Positions 34,642 to 43,336 of a DNA stretch of 64,000 nt are shown piece after piece (the stretch's first letter is position 1; each line of letters begins with the position of its first letter). The DNA is taken from IMG/VR virus record IMGVR_UViG_3300024232_000009, positions 1-64,000 of that record; one strand, given 5' to 3'. The stretch is from a virus. Taxonomy: Duplodnaviria; Caudoviricetes. The notes beneath the pieces were generated by a model. It did no database searches, had not been told where the DNA came from, and saw only the letters and a list, made by a program, of their open reading frames with translations. Made by a program: the position numbers and the translations under genes.

Positions 34642-36075
34642 TTAGCTGCCGGACATTAGGCCCAGTGAGACCAGCGCGTTGCGCGCTGCGTTGGCCACGT
34701 TGGTCGTGCCAGTATCGGCCGCGAAGACCGGCTGGGCCATTGCATTGCCCGAGGTGGTGTCGATCAGCGCCTGGAAGTTGGCCACTGTGTAGACCTCGGC
34801 CGGCGTCGGAGTGATCGCCGTCGCGGTCGCGTTGCAGAAGTTGATCGCCAGGGTGTTCAACGCGGACACCCGGACACCGACGATACCAAGGCCGCGCTGC
34901 GCCGTCGGCTTGTTCACGATCACCACCGAACCAGAAACCAGGCCCGTGACAGTGAAGGTCTGCTCGGCAGTCGTGTTGGCCGCGACCACGGTTGGCGTCA
35001 GGGTCGGGCTGTAGACGACCGCTGGTGCCGCCGGTGCCATCCGGTTCAGCGTGATCAGGTAGATTTCCGAAGCCGTCGGCGTGAGGGTGCCAGCCGTCGG
35101 ATTGACGAACGTCTCCTTCAGCGTGTTCGCCGCCGATACGCGGCCGGCGACCAGGCCAAGGCCCGCCTGCAGCGTGGGCTTCTGCACACCGATCTGCACG
35201 TCATCGACCAGCACGTTCGCCGAGGTCAGCGTGATATCGGCGGTCGTGATGGTCGCCACGGTCGCCGGCGTTAGCGTTGAGTTCGCCGCGATCAGGACCG
35301 TGTTGTTGTCCGCGCCGATACCCGCCGTCTGGAAGAAGGAATAGGTCTGACCAGCGGTCGGCGTCAGGGTTCCGGTCGTCAGGTTGGCGAAAGTGATGCC
35401 GACCGAGTCATCGCCCGCGATGCGCACGCCGACGATATCCAACCCGGCGTTGGTCGTTGGCTTGTTGACCGCGATCGCGCTCCCAACCGCGAGGCCGGGC
35501 ACGGTGAACAACTGCTCGACCGTGGTGCTGGATACCACCGCGGCGGGGGTCAGTACCGCCGTGAGGACGCCAATCCCGCGCACGCCGACGATCCCGTAAA
35601 CCTGAGAAGCGGTCGGGGTCAGGGTGCCAGCGGAGAAGTTGTTGAACGTCAGACCGATTACGTTCGCCGAGGACTGGCGCACGTTGCCGACACCAATCCC
35701 CGCCTGAGAGGTCGGCTTGTTGACGATCATGAAGTCTCCGGTGATCGGCGTCAGAGTGCTCCCGGTGCCGTTCTGGACGGTGATCGACTGCTCCGCACTC
35801 GTCAGGGTCACCACGGAAGATGGCGACTGCAAAGAGGCGAAGGTCATCACCAGGCCGCCAGCCTGGCCGGTGTTAACCGCGGCCTCCAGCGAGCCGGCGG
35901 GCTGCACGATCGGGGTCGCGCCGTAGAAGCCGAGTTTATCGCTCGCGCTGAAGCCCATCTGGGTGCCAGGGCCGCCGCGCAATCCATTGCCGTCGGAAAG
36001 TTGCCGGACGTTCGAGGTAGTGGTGACGTTGCCCGTCGTGCTGGGCTCACCGGTGCCGTTGTTGGTGCCGCTCAT
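34642..36075 (-). CDS. Putative capsid decoration / minor head protein with four tandem beta-repeat domains
   Basis: Four roughly 90-aa repeats (LTPxxV..T..EQ.FTV.GL...VNKPT.QAGLG....RVS..N.L..TF.N.T..TLTPT...Y) and an N-terminal KLGFYGATPIVQPA; second gene after coat. Confidence 0.7.
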   Translation of the reverse strand: MSGTNNGTGEPSTTGNVTTTSNVRQLSDGNGLRGGPGTQMGFSASDKLGFYGATPIVQPAGSLEAAVNTGQAGGLVMTFASLQSPSSVVTLTSAEQSITVQNGTGSTLTPITGDFMIVNKPTSQAGIGVGNVRQSSANVIGLTFNNFSAGTLTPTASQVYGIVGVRGIGVLTAVLTPAAVVSSTTVEQLFTVPGLAVGSAIAVNKPTTNAGLDIVGVRIAGDDSVGITFANLTTGTLTPTAGQTYSFFQTAGIGADNNTVLIAANSTLTPATVATITTADITLTSANVLVDDVQIGVQKPTLQAGLGLVAGRVSAANTLKETFVNPTAGTLTPTASEIYLITLNRMAPAAPAVVYSPTLTPTVVAANTTAEQTFTVTGLVSGSVVIVNKPTAQRGLGIVGVRVSALNTLAINFCNATATAITPTPAEVYTVANFQALIDTTSGNAMAQPVFAADTGTTNVANAARNALVSLGLMSGS

Positions 36076-36076
36076 G

Positions 36077-36400
36077 TCAGTTCACTCCATTCGGGGAAAT
36101 TGGCGTCATCGGATAGGCTTCCGCCTTGGTCCAATCGCGGCGCCCTTGGGTGAGGATCTGGCGGTTGACCGCTTCGACCATCTGCCCGCAGGCATCCGCG
36201 CACATCATCGGGCCCAGAAACACGACCTTTCCGGTCTCGCGCACGGTGACGCCAACCTGGAAGAGCGGCTCTGGCTCTTTCTGCTGGGTCATTCTCGCCG
36301 CCATCTCCGGGTCGATCGGACGCCCGTTGCGCTCTTGTTCAAGGAGCGAACGGTAATCTTCCCGGAGTTTGCGTTGCGCGCGTCGCTGGGCCCGGTTCAT
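36077..36400 (-). CDS. Hypothetical protein (107 aa; start at TGATG overlap with coat stop)
   Basis: MNRAQRRAQRKL... is in frame with the ORF-track call 36077-36469. Confidence 0.7.
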   Translation of the reverse strand: MNRAQRRAQRKLREDYRSLLEQERNGRPIDPEMAARMTQQKEPEPLFQVGVTVRETGKVVFLGPMMCADACGQMVEAVNRQILTQGRRDWTKAEAYPMTPISPNGVN

Positions 36401-37584
36401 CAGTTCGTCAACCGGCAAGCAAGCTCGTTGTAGAACTGGGCGACGCCAAACAGGATATCGATACGGCACGGGGTCACGTCATTCCAGACGTCATAGGCCC
36501 GGACGATACGCATCGAGATATTGCGGAACATTTGCCGGGCCGCGAAGTCGACGCCTCCTGGCAGTTCCATCGGCACACACACGAGGCCCATGGCATCGCG
36601 GGTGAAGCCCATGTTCTGGAAGTAGGAGGTGCTGGCGCTGCCCAGCGGTGTGATAACTGCACCGTTGGCCGGGCCCGCCGACACGTTCTGGTATGCGCCA
36701 GAGGTCGTGATCGCCGGGGAGATTTGCAGCGTTGCGTTGCCGCCTGCGTCAGATGCCGCAACCGCAGTCACGGTGAACTGTTTCAGCGTCCCGGTGCTGA
36801 GATAGTTCTGGGGGTTGACCGCGTACACGCCGGCCATGGTGAAGGTATCACCGACGTTCAGCAGGGCCGCGATGCTGGCCGTCCAGCCATTGGTGATGAT
36901 GCTCGAACCGCTCTGGTTCGCGCCATTGACCACCGGTGTGCCGGCGTAAGCGCCAACGGTCTGCGCCTGGACGTTCTGATCCAGGTAGATTTCGAAATTG
37001 GCGATCGCCGCGAGGAAGCCCTTCAGCGCGGGTTCGGCGACAGAGCGGGTGAACAGGTTGCTCACACCGTTGGCGATGGCCCAGTAAGCGGCCGGGTTCA
37101 GGATCAGCACGCGGCCATCCTGCGGCGCCGCGTTCTCATCGAGGCGCTGGCCAACCGCGGCGATCGACGCGAAGGAGTTCGGCGGCGTGCCGGGGGTGCC
37201 GACCTCGTTGGAAAACTGGTTCCACAGCGCCAGCACCGAGGTATCGATGGTGTTCGCCAGGGTTTCCGCGGCGGGCTTGCAGTACCGCTCCGAGTATTCC
37301 TCGATCGTCAGGGTCAGTTCCTGCGAGGAAAACTGGAAGTCAACGTGCGCCTGCGTCGAAATGCTGATCGACGTCGAGGGCTCGGTGATGTCCTGGATCT
37401 GAAGTGCCGGACCAAGCGTGACGGTGAAGCGGTTCGGCTTGCGGACAGTCAGCGTGGTGCCGATTTTGACGAACTGGTTCTCGAACTGACGATTGACCTT
37501 GCCCGCGGCGACCAGGTTGTTCGTCAAGATGACCAGCGTTTCCTTGGTGATCAAGGACGGCGTGAGCAGGGCGTTCGTGGCCAA
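36400..37584 (-). CDS. Major capsid protein, P22 gp5 (coat) family
   Basis: MATNALLT...KIGTTLTVRKP...VDFQFSSQELTL...KPAAETLANTID...RIDILFG. Confidence 0.93.
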   Translation of the reverse strand: MATNALLTPSLITKETLVILTNNLVAAGKVNRQFENQFVKIGTTLTVRKPNRFTVTLGPALQIQDITEPSTSISISTQAHVDFQFSSQELTLTIEEYSERYCKPAAETLANTIDTSVLALWNQFSNEVGTPGTPPNSFASIAAVGQRLDENAAPQDGRVLILNPAAYWAIANGVSNLFTRSVAEPALKGFLAAIANFEIYLDQNVQAQTVGAYAGTPVVNGANQSGSSIITNGWTASIAALLNVGDTFTMAGVYAVNPQNYLSTGTLKQFTVTAVAASDAGGNATLQISPAITTSGAYQNVSAGPANGAVITPLGSASTSYFQNMGFTRDAMGLVCVPMELPGGVDFAARQMFRNISMRIVRAYDVWNDVTPCRIDILFGVAQFYNELACRLTN

Positions 37585-37670
37585 GGGATTTCTCCTGTGC
37601 GCCCCGCATGGGGCGTGTTCAGTTGTTCATGGGAATTGTCCTCGAACCCGAGATGCGCTCTCGGTCGCGA

Positions 37671-37727
37671 TACCCGGTCATGCCGGTGGGTAGGCGGTCG
37701 TCACCCGGCCGAAGCCGGTGGGTAGGC
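37671..37727 (-). promoter_or_regulatory. Tandem pair of late-leader hairpins between scaffold and coat
   Basis: 14-bp direct repeat GCCGGTGGGTAGGC at 37682 and 37714, each part of an mRNA hairpin CACCGG-loop-CCGGGT. Confidence 0.7.
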
Positions 37728-38957
37728 TTAGTGCAGTCCACCTTCCGGGAAGAACGGGCGCCGGGTGGCGCGCAGTGCTTCGTTCCGTTTGGCGGCGTAG
37801 GCTTCCATATCAGGCTCTTCGTCTGATCGGTCGCCAGCATTCCGTCCGCTGTCAATTGGCTCGATCGGTTCTTCGCGCGGCGCACGCCGGCGAGGGGGAT
37901 TGGCCAACCTCTCGGCGATACGGCCGATTTCGATGAAGTGCGACGCGGCATCCGGCATGTTCGCGATGCGCGCCGCCTCTTCGGTGTTCTGTCCCAGGAA
38001 GTACGCGACTTCGGGGCCGTTCTCGACCTTCATGATGGCGAACGCCATCGGTTTGGAGATCACCGGTCCACCCTCGGCGGGGTCGGCCTCGGCCACCTCC
38101 GCGTAATCGGCGTATTTCTCCATCGTGGCGGCGCGGCGTTCGTTCCAGGTGTTGTTGAGCTTGACGAGTTCCGCCTCCTGGGCGTCCTTTTCCTCTTGCT
38201 CTTTGGTGGCGCGCTCTTCGGCTTCCGCCGCGGCCTTCTTCTCGGCCGCTTCCTTTTCCGCCGCCCGGAGACCATCGCGGCGTGCCCAATCTGTCAGAGC
38301 ATCATCGTAGGCGTCCGGGTCGTCGAAGGCGTCGCGGGTCGGGCGCGGGTCAGTATCGGCGACCTCATCGACCTTGGTTTCGGTCGGGACACGCGCCTTC
38401 AGTTCCGCGAGTTCCACCCGGGCAGCTTCGGCCGCGGCTTCCGCATCGCGAGCCTTCTTGCCGGCGCTGGTAGCGGCCTCCCGCTCCTTCTGGACGATCT
38501 GATCCCGGGCAAGATTGACCGCCGTTTCCCATGCTTCGCTGCCGACCTTCGCCTTGGCTGCTTTCTCCAGCGCCTGGCGATACTCCTTGGCCTTTTTCTT
38601 CTCGGTCAGGATTTGACGGCGGGCCCAGTCGGGAAGGCGATCGGATACCGCCGCTTCATCCTCGACCTCCTTGCCGTCGACGCTGAGTTCCTCGGCATCG
38701 TCATCGCCCTTGGCATCATCGGCTTTCGCCATCTCGCCAGTTTTTTCAGGGTCCGTACCATCACCTTTGCGCGCGGCATCGGCGAGTGCGAGGTCTTCCG
38801 GGCTGATTTCCTTGGAGACGCCGCCTGTCTGGTCCGTCGCGTCGTTCGAGGCTGACTCGGGGGGCTTCGGCAGTTCCGCCAACGGCTGATCCGACACCGC
38901 TGCCAAGGGTATGGCGCTACGAACGATGATGTCGGGTTGACGCGCTGCGAGTGCCAT
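37728..38957 (-). CDS. Scaffolding protein
   Basis: Acidic, Ala/Glu/Lys-rich helical protein with RPTRDAFDD...YDDALTDW, MEKYADY..V and GPEVAYFLGQN motifs, directly before coat. Confidence 0.85.
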   Translation of the reverse strand: MALAARQPDIIVRSAIPLAAVSDQPLAELPKPPESASNDATDQTGGVSKEISPEDLALADAARKGDGTDPEKTGEMAKADDAKGDDDAEELSVDGKEVEDEAAVSDRLPDWARRQILTEKKKAKEYRQALEKAAKAKVGSEAWETAVNLARDQIVQKEREAATSAGKKARDAEAAAEAARVELAELKARVPTETKVDEVADTDPRPTRDAFDDPDAYDDALTDWARRDGLRAAEKEAAEKKAAAEAEERATKEQEEKDAQEAELVKLNNTWNERRAATMEKYADYAEVAEADPAEGGPVISKPMAFAIMKVENGPEVAYFLGQNTEEAARIANMPDAASHFIEIGRIAERLANPPRRRAPREEPIEPIDSGRNAGDRSDEEPDMEAYAAKRNEALRATRRPFFPEGGLH

Positions 38958-38992
38958 GGGCGGCGATAATCCTATAGCGATTTGGATTCCGT

Positions 38993-39015
38993 CACCCGGG
39001 GAGGCGCTTCCCGGT
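38993..39015 (-). promoter_or_regulatory. Late-leader hairpin family copy (upstream of scaffold)
   Basis: Plus strand CACCCGGGGAGGCGCTTCCCGGT. A candidate CTTGAC -35 box lies on the minus strand at about 39054-39059. Confidence 0.65.
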
Positions 39016-39193
39016 CAGCTAAGTCGGCGAGTTAGACCAGTGTTTTACCGCGCGTCAAGTCTCACGATTGGAAGTTCGGTTGCCAAACGACTGAGTCGGT
39101 GGCATTTCTCCTCCGTGAGGCGTCGGGCATAGTGCTGTATCTCTCGACGGCATGCAGTGCGATGGTACGGCCCGTCTGGCGTCTCACTGCTGG

Positions 39194-39267
39194 GCGATCA
39201 TAACTCAATGGTAGAGTGCCAGTCTGCCAGTCTGGCTACGAAGGTTCGATTCCTTCTGGTCGCTCCA
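39194..39267 (+). tRNA. tRNA-Gly(GCC)
   Basis: Acceptor GCGATCA/TGGTCGC, D arm ACTC-AATGGTA-GAGT, anticodon loop CTGCCAG, T arm GAAGG-TTCGATT-CCTTC, U73 and encoded CCA. The anticodon stem has a U-U mismatch. Confidence 0.85.
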
Positions 39268-39331
39268 GGCTCCCACATCCGATCGACATCATCGTCCAGC
39301 CGGTCAGGCCCGCAAACTGGATAGAACGTGG

Positions 39332-39598
39332 TTAGGCGCCTGGATCGACCGTCTTTTCGCGCTGCGCCTTCATCTCGGCAACCAATTTCTCAATGCCGCT
39401 GGCGATGCGCTCCTGCGTACCGGCAAGTGAACTGATCGCGGCGATGAAATCGGGCGGGACCATCAGCATCATGCCCACCGGAGCGGGCACGCCACCGGTG
39501 GACTTCTTCTTCCCCTTGGGCTTTGGTTTGGTCGCTGGCTTCGCTGGCGGTTCGTCGGCGTCATGGTGCGCGATTGGATCCCACTCGCCGCCGCTCAT
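39332..39598 (-). CDS. Hypothetical protein (88 aa)
   Basis: ATGA overlap with the portal stop. Confidence 0.7.
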   Translation of the reverse strand: MSGGEWDPIAHHDADEPPAKPATKPKPKGKKKSTGGVPAPVGMMLMVPPDFIAAISSLAGTQERIASGIEKLVAEMKAQREKTVDPGA

Positions 39599-41970
39599 GC
39601 TGCCCTCGCTGGCTTGCCATCAGGCCCAAGGGTCCACTTCTGCCCGTTGCGGAAAGTGGTCACTCGATCCGGCCGCAAATGCTGAAGCGCTTCGGGCGGT
39701 GGCGTATCATCCGCGGGCGAAGCGTCTTGACCCGCACCGCCTGCACCATCCGCGCCTTCCGCCTCTTCGTCGTTGGCCGCGTCCGGTTCCTCCAGCGCGT
39801 GCATCAGCGACGTGACGCCTTCACCAAGCTGGCTGATCTGCGCGGCGATGTGCGTGTTGAAGTTGGCGCTCGCCTTCTCCTGGATCGCGGCCATCTTGGT
39901 CTCGACGTCGGACACGATCTTGATCAGCTTGGCCTCGAAGTCCTTCTGTATCTTCTCGGCCTCGAGCGCGCGATCTTCCTTCTTGTCCTGGAGCGCGGCC
40001 ATCGCCGCCTGGAGCTGCTGCGTCAGTTCCTTCAGCGCCTGCTCTTGCTGCGTCAGCACCGCCTGCACCTGCGGCGGTACGTCCTTCATGTCCGGCGTCA
40101 TCAGGCCTGGCGGGATCGTCTTGGCGAGGCGCGTCGCGATTTCCTCGGCACCTGGCCAATCCTGATTTTTGGCGAAAAGATCGGCGACGAGTGCCGCGGT
40201 CTGCGGGAGCGCCTTCATGAACGCCATCATGTTTTCGGCCGCCTCGATGCGCTTCGTCGCGTAGCTCGGGCCGATCGTCACCGTCACGCCGTATTTGCCG
40301 AATTTCGGGTTGAACAGCTTGCGGGTTTTGCCGTCGGCCTTCTTCTCTTCGCCCATGGCCTTGCCGAGCGTCGGATCGACCTTGACCTGTTCCTCCTTGT
40401 CGTCCTCGCGGAGGATCGTCACCACGCGCGGGTCGTCGTAAATCTTCGGGATCACCTCCACGAAAATCTCGCCGGTCCGCTTCAGAGCGCGAGCCAGGTT
40501 GTCGACGTAGTGGAAGGAGCCAAGGTCACCGGACCGGCGAAGCTCGCGGATCGCCTTCCCTGACTCATCGATCATCCGCTCGTTCATCGTGGCGTCGAAC
40601 CGGATACCGGTTGTCGCCATCATGTCCTGCCCGGCGTTCACGCCGGCCTGGACCACGCCGGCCGGAATCCCCGCCATCGGCTGCCGCTGCGGCGGCGGCG
40701 CCTGCGTCCCGCCAACCGACGTGCCTTTGTAAGACAGATAGGGCATGTTTTTGACGTTGGCGTTCTTCCACTCGTCCTCGTGCCCCTCGATCTGGCCTTC
40801 CTCGACCACCCAGGGCGATTTGGGCTGGAGCGCGATCAGTTCCGTCTCCGCGGTGCGCCAATAATTGAACATGCGCTGCGGATCTTTGGCGTGACGGATG
40901 ACGCCCGAGTATTTGACCTTCCCCTCGATGTCGATCTCGTCACCGACAACCTTGACGATCGGGATGGTGGAGCCCTGCCACTCGCGTTTCATCAGCACGT
41001 CGTTGGCCGTGATCTTGTACCACATGACCTTGGGAACCCGGCTCTCGCGTTCGTCCACGATTTGCACGCGCTTGCGCCCGATCCGAGCCAAGGTCATCTC
41101 GTCCAGTTCGTCGTACCAGCCAACATGGCCATTATCGAGTTCGACCAGCTTGCGCGTCTTGTAGTCGACCTCGAAATACTCGGCGATCCGAACCTCGTCC
41201 TTGGCGATCCAGTTGGTGAACTTCTCCCCTATTCCGCCTTCCGTGTAGTTGAGCGGGTCAGCGTCGGGGTATTTTTCCTCGTACTCGTCACGCGGCATCA
41301 TCTCGGTGATGAAGCCCCACTTGGCATCTGCGGCGGTCGGGTCTTGGTGCGCCGGATCCAGATAGACGGTGAACGGATTGCGGATGCGCCGGACCACCAG
41401 CACCAGATTGAAGCTGTCCGGCGCCTCCCGCTCGGTCAGGATACGCCAGTAACCCCAGCCCATGGTCACCGCGTCATCGAACGCCGTGTCGTAGGCGATA
41501 TCGGCCGCGCAGTCTCGTTCAATGAACCGGATCAGCCCACGGTACATCTTCGCGACCTCGGGGTCGCCGCGATCGCCAACCGGGCTGATGTTGATCGATG
41601 GACGGTTCTGGCGCTGATCGTTGACGATCTGATGAATAAACGTCGGCAGCTTGTTGATCGTCAGGCATGGCCGCTTATCCAGGTTGCGCTGGGCCATGAT
41701 CTCTTTCGGCCACTGGTCGCCAGCCTTGAACAGGCGGTCATCGAGGGCTGATTTTCGGTTGTCGCTCTCCGCTGTGATCGCCTTTTCCATGCGCTTACGC
41801 GCGCGGCTCAACAGCTTTTCCTTTTCGGCTTCCTGCCCCTTTGGGAAGCCCAGTGCGGTGCCCTTGTCGTCGCCAAGCATCGACGCTGGACTGACCTTAT
41901 TCATCGCACTGTCCACGGATGGCATGCGAATTCGCCCGTTATCCTTGGGCTTGTCTACTGCCTGCGCCAA
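39595..41970 (-). CDS. Portal protein, P22-like
   Basis: GDQWP...RPCLTINKL...YDTAFDDAVTMGWGYWRI...GIIR-type SGVIRHAKDPQRMFNYW...ESGKAI...YGVTVTIGPSYATKR. TTG start; exact start uncertain. Confidence 0.95.
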   Translation of the reverse strand: MAQAVDKPKDNGRIRMPSVDSAMNKVSPASMLGDDKGTALGFPKGQEAEKEKLLSRARKRMEKAITAESDNRKSALDDRLFKAGDQWPKEIMAQRNLDKRPCLTINKLPTFIHQIVNDQRQNRPSINISPVGDRGDPEVAKMYRGLIRFIERDCAADIAYDTAFDDAVTMGWGYWRILTEREAPDSFNLVLVVRRIRNPFTVYLDPAHQDPTAADAKWGFITEMMPRDEYEEKYPDADPLNYTEGGIGEKFTNWIAKDEVRIAEYFEVDYKTRKLVELDNGHVGWYDELDEMTLARIGRKRVQIVDERESRVPKVMWYKITANDVLMKREWQGSTIPIVKVVGDEIDIEGKVKYSGVIRHAKDPQRMFNYWRTAETELIALQPKSPWVVEEGQIEGHEDEWKNANVKNMPYLSYKGTSVGGTQAPPPQRQPMAGIPAGVVQAGVNAGQDMMATTGIRFDATMNERMIDESGKAIRELRRSGDLGSFHYVDNLARALKRTGEIFVEVIPKIYDDPRVVTILREDDKEEQVKVDPTLGKAMGEEKKADGKTRKLFNPKFGKYGVTVTIGPSYATKRIEAAENMMAFMKALPQTAALVADLFAKNQDWPGAEEIATRLAKTIPPGLMTPDMKDVPPQVQAVLTQQEQALKELTQQLQAAMAALQDKKEDRALEAEKIQKDFEAKLIKIVSDVETKMAAIQEKASANFNTHIAAQISQLGEGVTSLMHALEEPDAANDEEAEGADGAGGAGQDASPADDTPPPEALQHLRPDRVTTFRNGQKWTLGPDGKPARAA

Positions 41971-41978
41971 TGTTCGAA

Positions 41979-42029
41979 CACCCGCTCAATCGCGGTTCAT
42001 GTGCCCGTGTAGACCGCGCCACGGTTCGC
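41979..42029 (-). promoter_or_regulatory. Tandem pair of late-leader hairpins upstream of portal
   Basis: mRNA GCGAACCGTGGCGCGGTCTACACGGGCACAT (near-identical to the 6550 copy, with a compensatory T-A pair) followed by ACCGC-GATTGA-GCGGGTG. Confidence 0.6.
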
Positions 42030-42170
42030 TTCGGCGACCGTAACACTCTTGACGAACGTGTGTCCATTACGTCACGGTGCGGCGTGCGGTGAAGCGCAGC
42101 AAGGCAACCGAAAGAACCACAAACTGGCCCGACGTCACCCCAGATGCGGGCCATTTCTTTGTACGCAACA

Positions 42171-42202
42171 GAAAACCCGCCCAGGTTGCCCCAGGCGGGT
42201 TC
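42171..42202 (-). terminator. Rho-independent terminator
   Basis: Minus strand AACCCGCC-N12-GGCGGGTTTTC immediately after the 42221 stop. Confidence 0.75.
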
Positions 42203-42220
42203 CGTCCGAAAAATCCGGCA

Positions 42221-42568
42221 TTACGACTTCGCGTTGATGGCGTCCAAGCCGTCCTTCACCGCGCCAACCCGAGTGTTGATCGAGTTGGCCGCGTCGACCA
42301 TTTCCTGAGTGATCGTGGTACCGGGCGTCATGCTGGCGAGCAGCCGGTCCACGTCCGCGCTGATCTCGGTCACATCGGTGCCAATGGCATCGAGTTTGGC
42401 ATTGGTTTCCGCCTGCGCGGCGGCGAGTTGTTCGGCAAGAGTTCCAGACATGGTTTCGATCCTTTTCACAGTGGCGAGGATTTCAGACAACACAGGGCAC
42501 GCGAGCGGCCCGCACAGGTCAATCGTCGTGACACCCGGCAGATGAATGTGGATGCTGCGGTCGATCAT
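42221..42568 (-). CDS. Coiled-coil phage protein
   Basis: MIDRSIHIHL...TLAEQLAAAQAETNAKLDAIGTDV; start tentatively 42568. Confidence 0.65.
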   Translation of the reverse strand: MIDRSIHIHLPGVTTIDLCGPLACPVLSEILATVKRIETMSGTLAEQLAAAQAETNAKLDAIGTDVTEISADVDRLLASMTPGTTITQEMVDAANSINTRVGAVKDGLDAINAKS

Positions 42569-42627
42569 GCGAACCCTCTGCAACCAGAGACGGAGCCGGG
42601 TCAAATTACAAAACCGTGTCCTGACCG

Positions 42628-42945
42628 TCAAACCGGATACCCATCCCCCTCTGGCGGCACACCCATGGCCTGCTGAAGCACCGCGCCGTTCACCTGATCG
42701 ACGTAGTGCACCAGGTTGTCCAGGTCGGTCAGCCGGATCAGCACGTAGACCTCCGCGGCCGGGTGGAAGAGGACCACGGCAGGCTCCAGGGGCGGTTCGT
42801 TGAACAGCCGCCCCTCCATGCTCGCCGGCAGGCCAGGCAGCGCGTCACGGTCGATCAGCGGCAAGCTGGGGATGTCGATGTCCGTCGTGGCGATCGGCTG
42901 GCCATCGTAATCGAGCAGTCGGTGGCGTCGGTGGGTGTCGGTCAC
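42628..42945 (-). CDS. Hypothetical protein
   Basis: GTGA-coupled start at 42945. Confidence 0.6.
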   Translation of the reverse strand: MTDTHRRHRLLDYDGQPIATTDIDIPSLPLIDRDALPGLPASMEGRLFNEPPLEPAVVLFHPAAEVYVLIRLTDLDNLVHYVDQVNGAVLQQAMGVPPEGDGYPV

Positions 42946-43127
42946 GCGATTGCTCCCAACCCGGCAAACTGCCGCTTCATATCGAAGCGACGCCACAATT
43001 CCGCGCGCCATTTAGCTTCGGCGTCAGCATCGGCATAGATCACGCTGTTTGTCCCCGGAGGATACGAGAGGCGCGCAATGGCTCGAATAAACAGATTGTC
43101 GTCGTCATACGGAGGCTTCTCGCTCAC
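42942..43127 (-). CDS. Hypothetical protein (61 aa)
   Basis: Coupled chain of 4-nt overlaps. Confidence 0.6.
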   Translation of the reverse strand: MSEKPPYDDDNLFIRAIARLSYPPGTNSVIYADADAEAKWRAELWRRFDMKRQFAGLGAIA

Positions 43128-43336
43128 TTCACCTCTCCAGGCGGGTCATTCCGCTCAATCGCTTCCTCGATCCGGTCCAGTATCTCGTCCTTCTGGGCGC
43201 GGCGCGATTTCCCGGCCGGCGCGAGCGGCGCGGTCACCCAGTAAGTACCATGCCCGCTATATCCGGAATAGGTGATCGCGTCCTCCCCGGTGCGCGGATC
43301 CCAGAACAGCGTCTTGGTCCAGCCAGTCAGGGGCAT
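43124..43336 (-). CDS. Hypothetical protein (70 aa)
   Basis: TGATG/GTGA coupling on both sides. Confidence 0.65.
   Translation of the reverse strand: MPLTGWTKTLFWDPRTGEDAITYSGYSGHGTYWVTAPLAPAGKSRRAQKDEILDRIEEAIERNDPPGEVK

Noticed and set aside
39194-39267. tRNA as an integration (att) site or prophage boundary
   Set aside because: Phage head genes continue on both sides; no duplicated tRNA 3' end or integrase is in the window.
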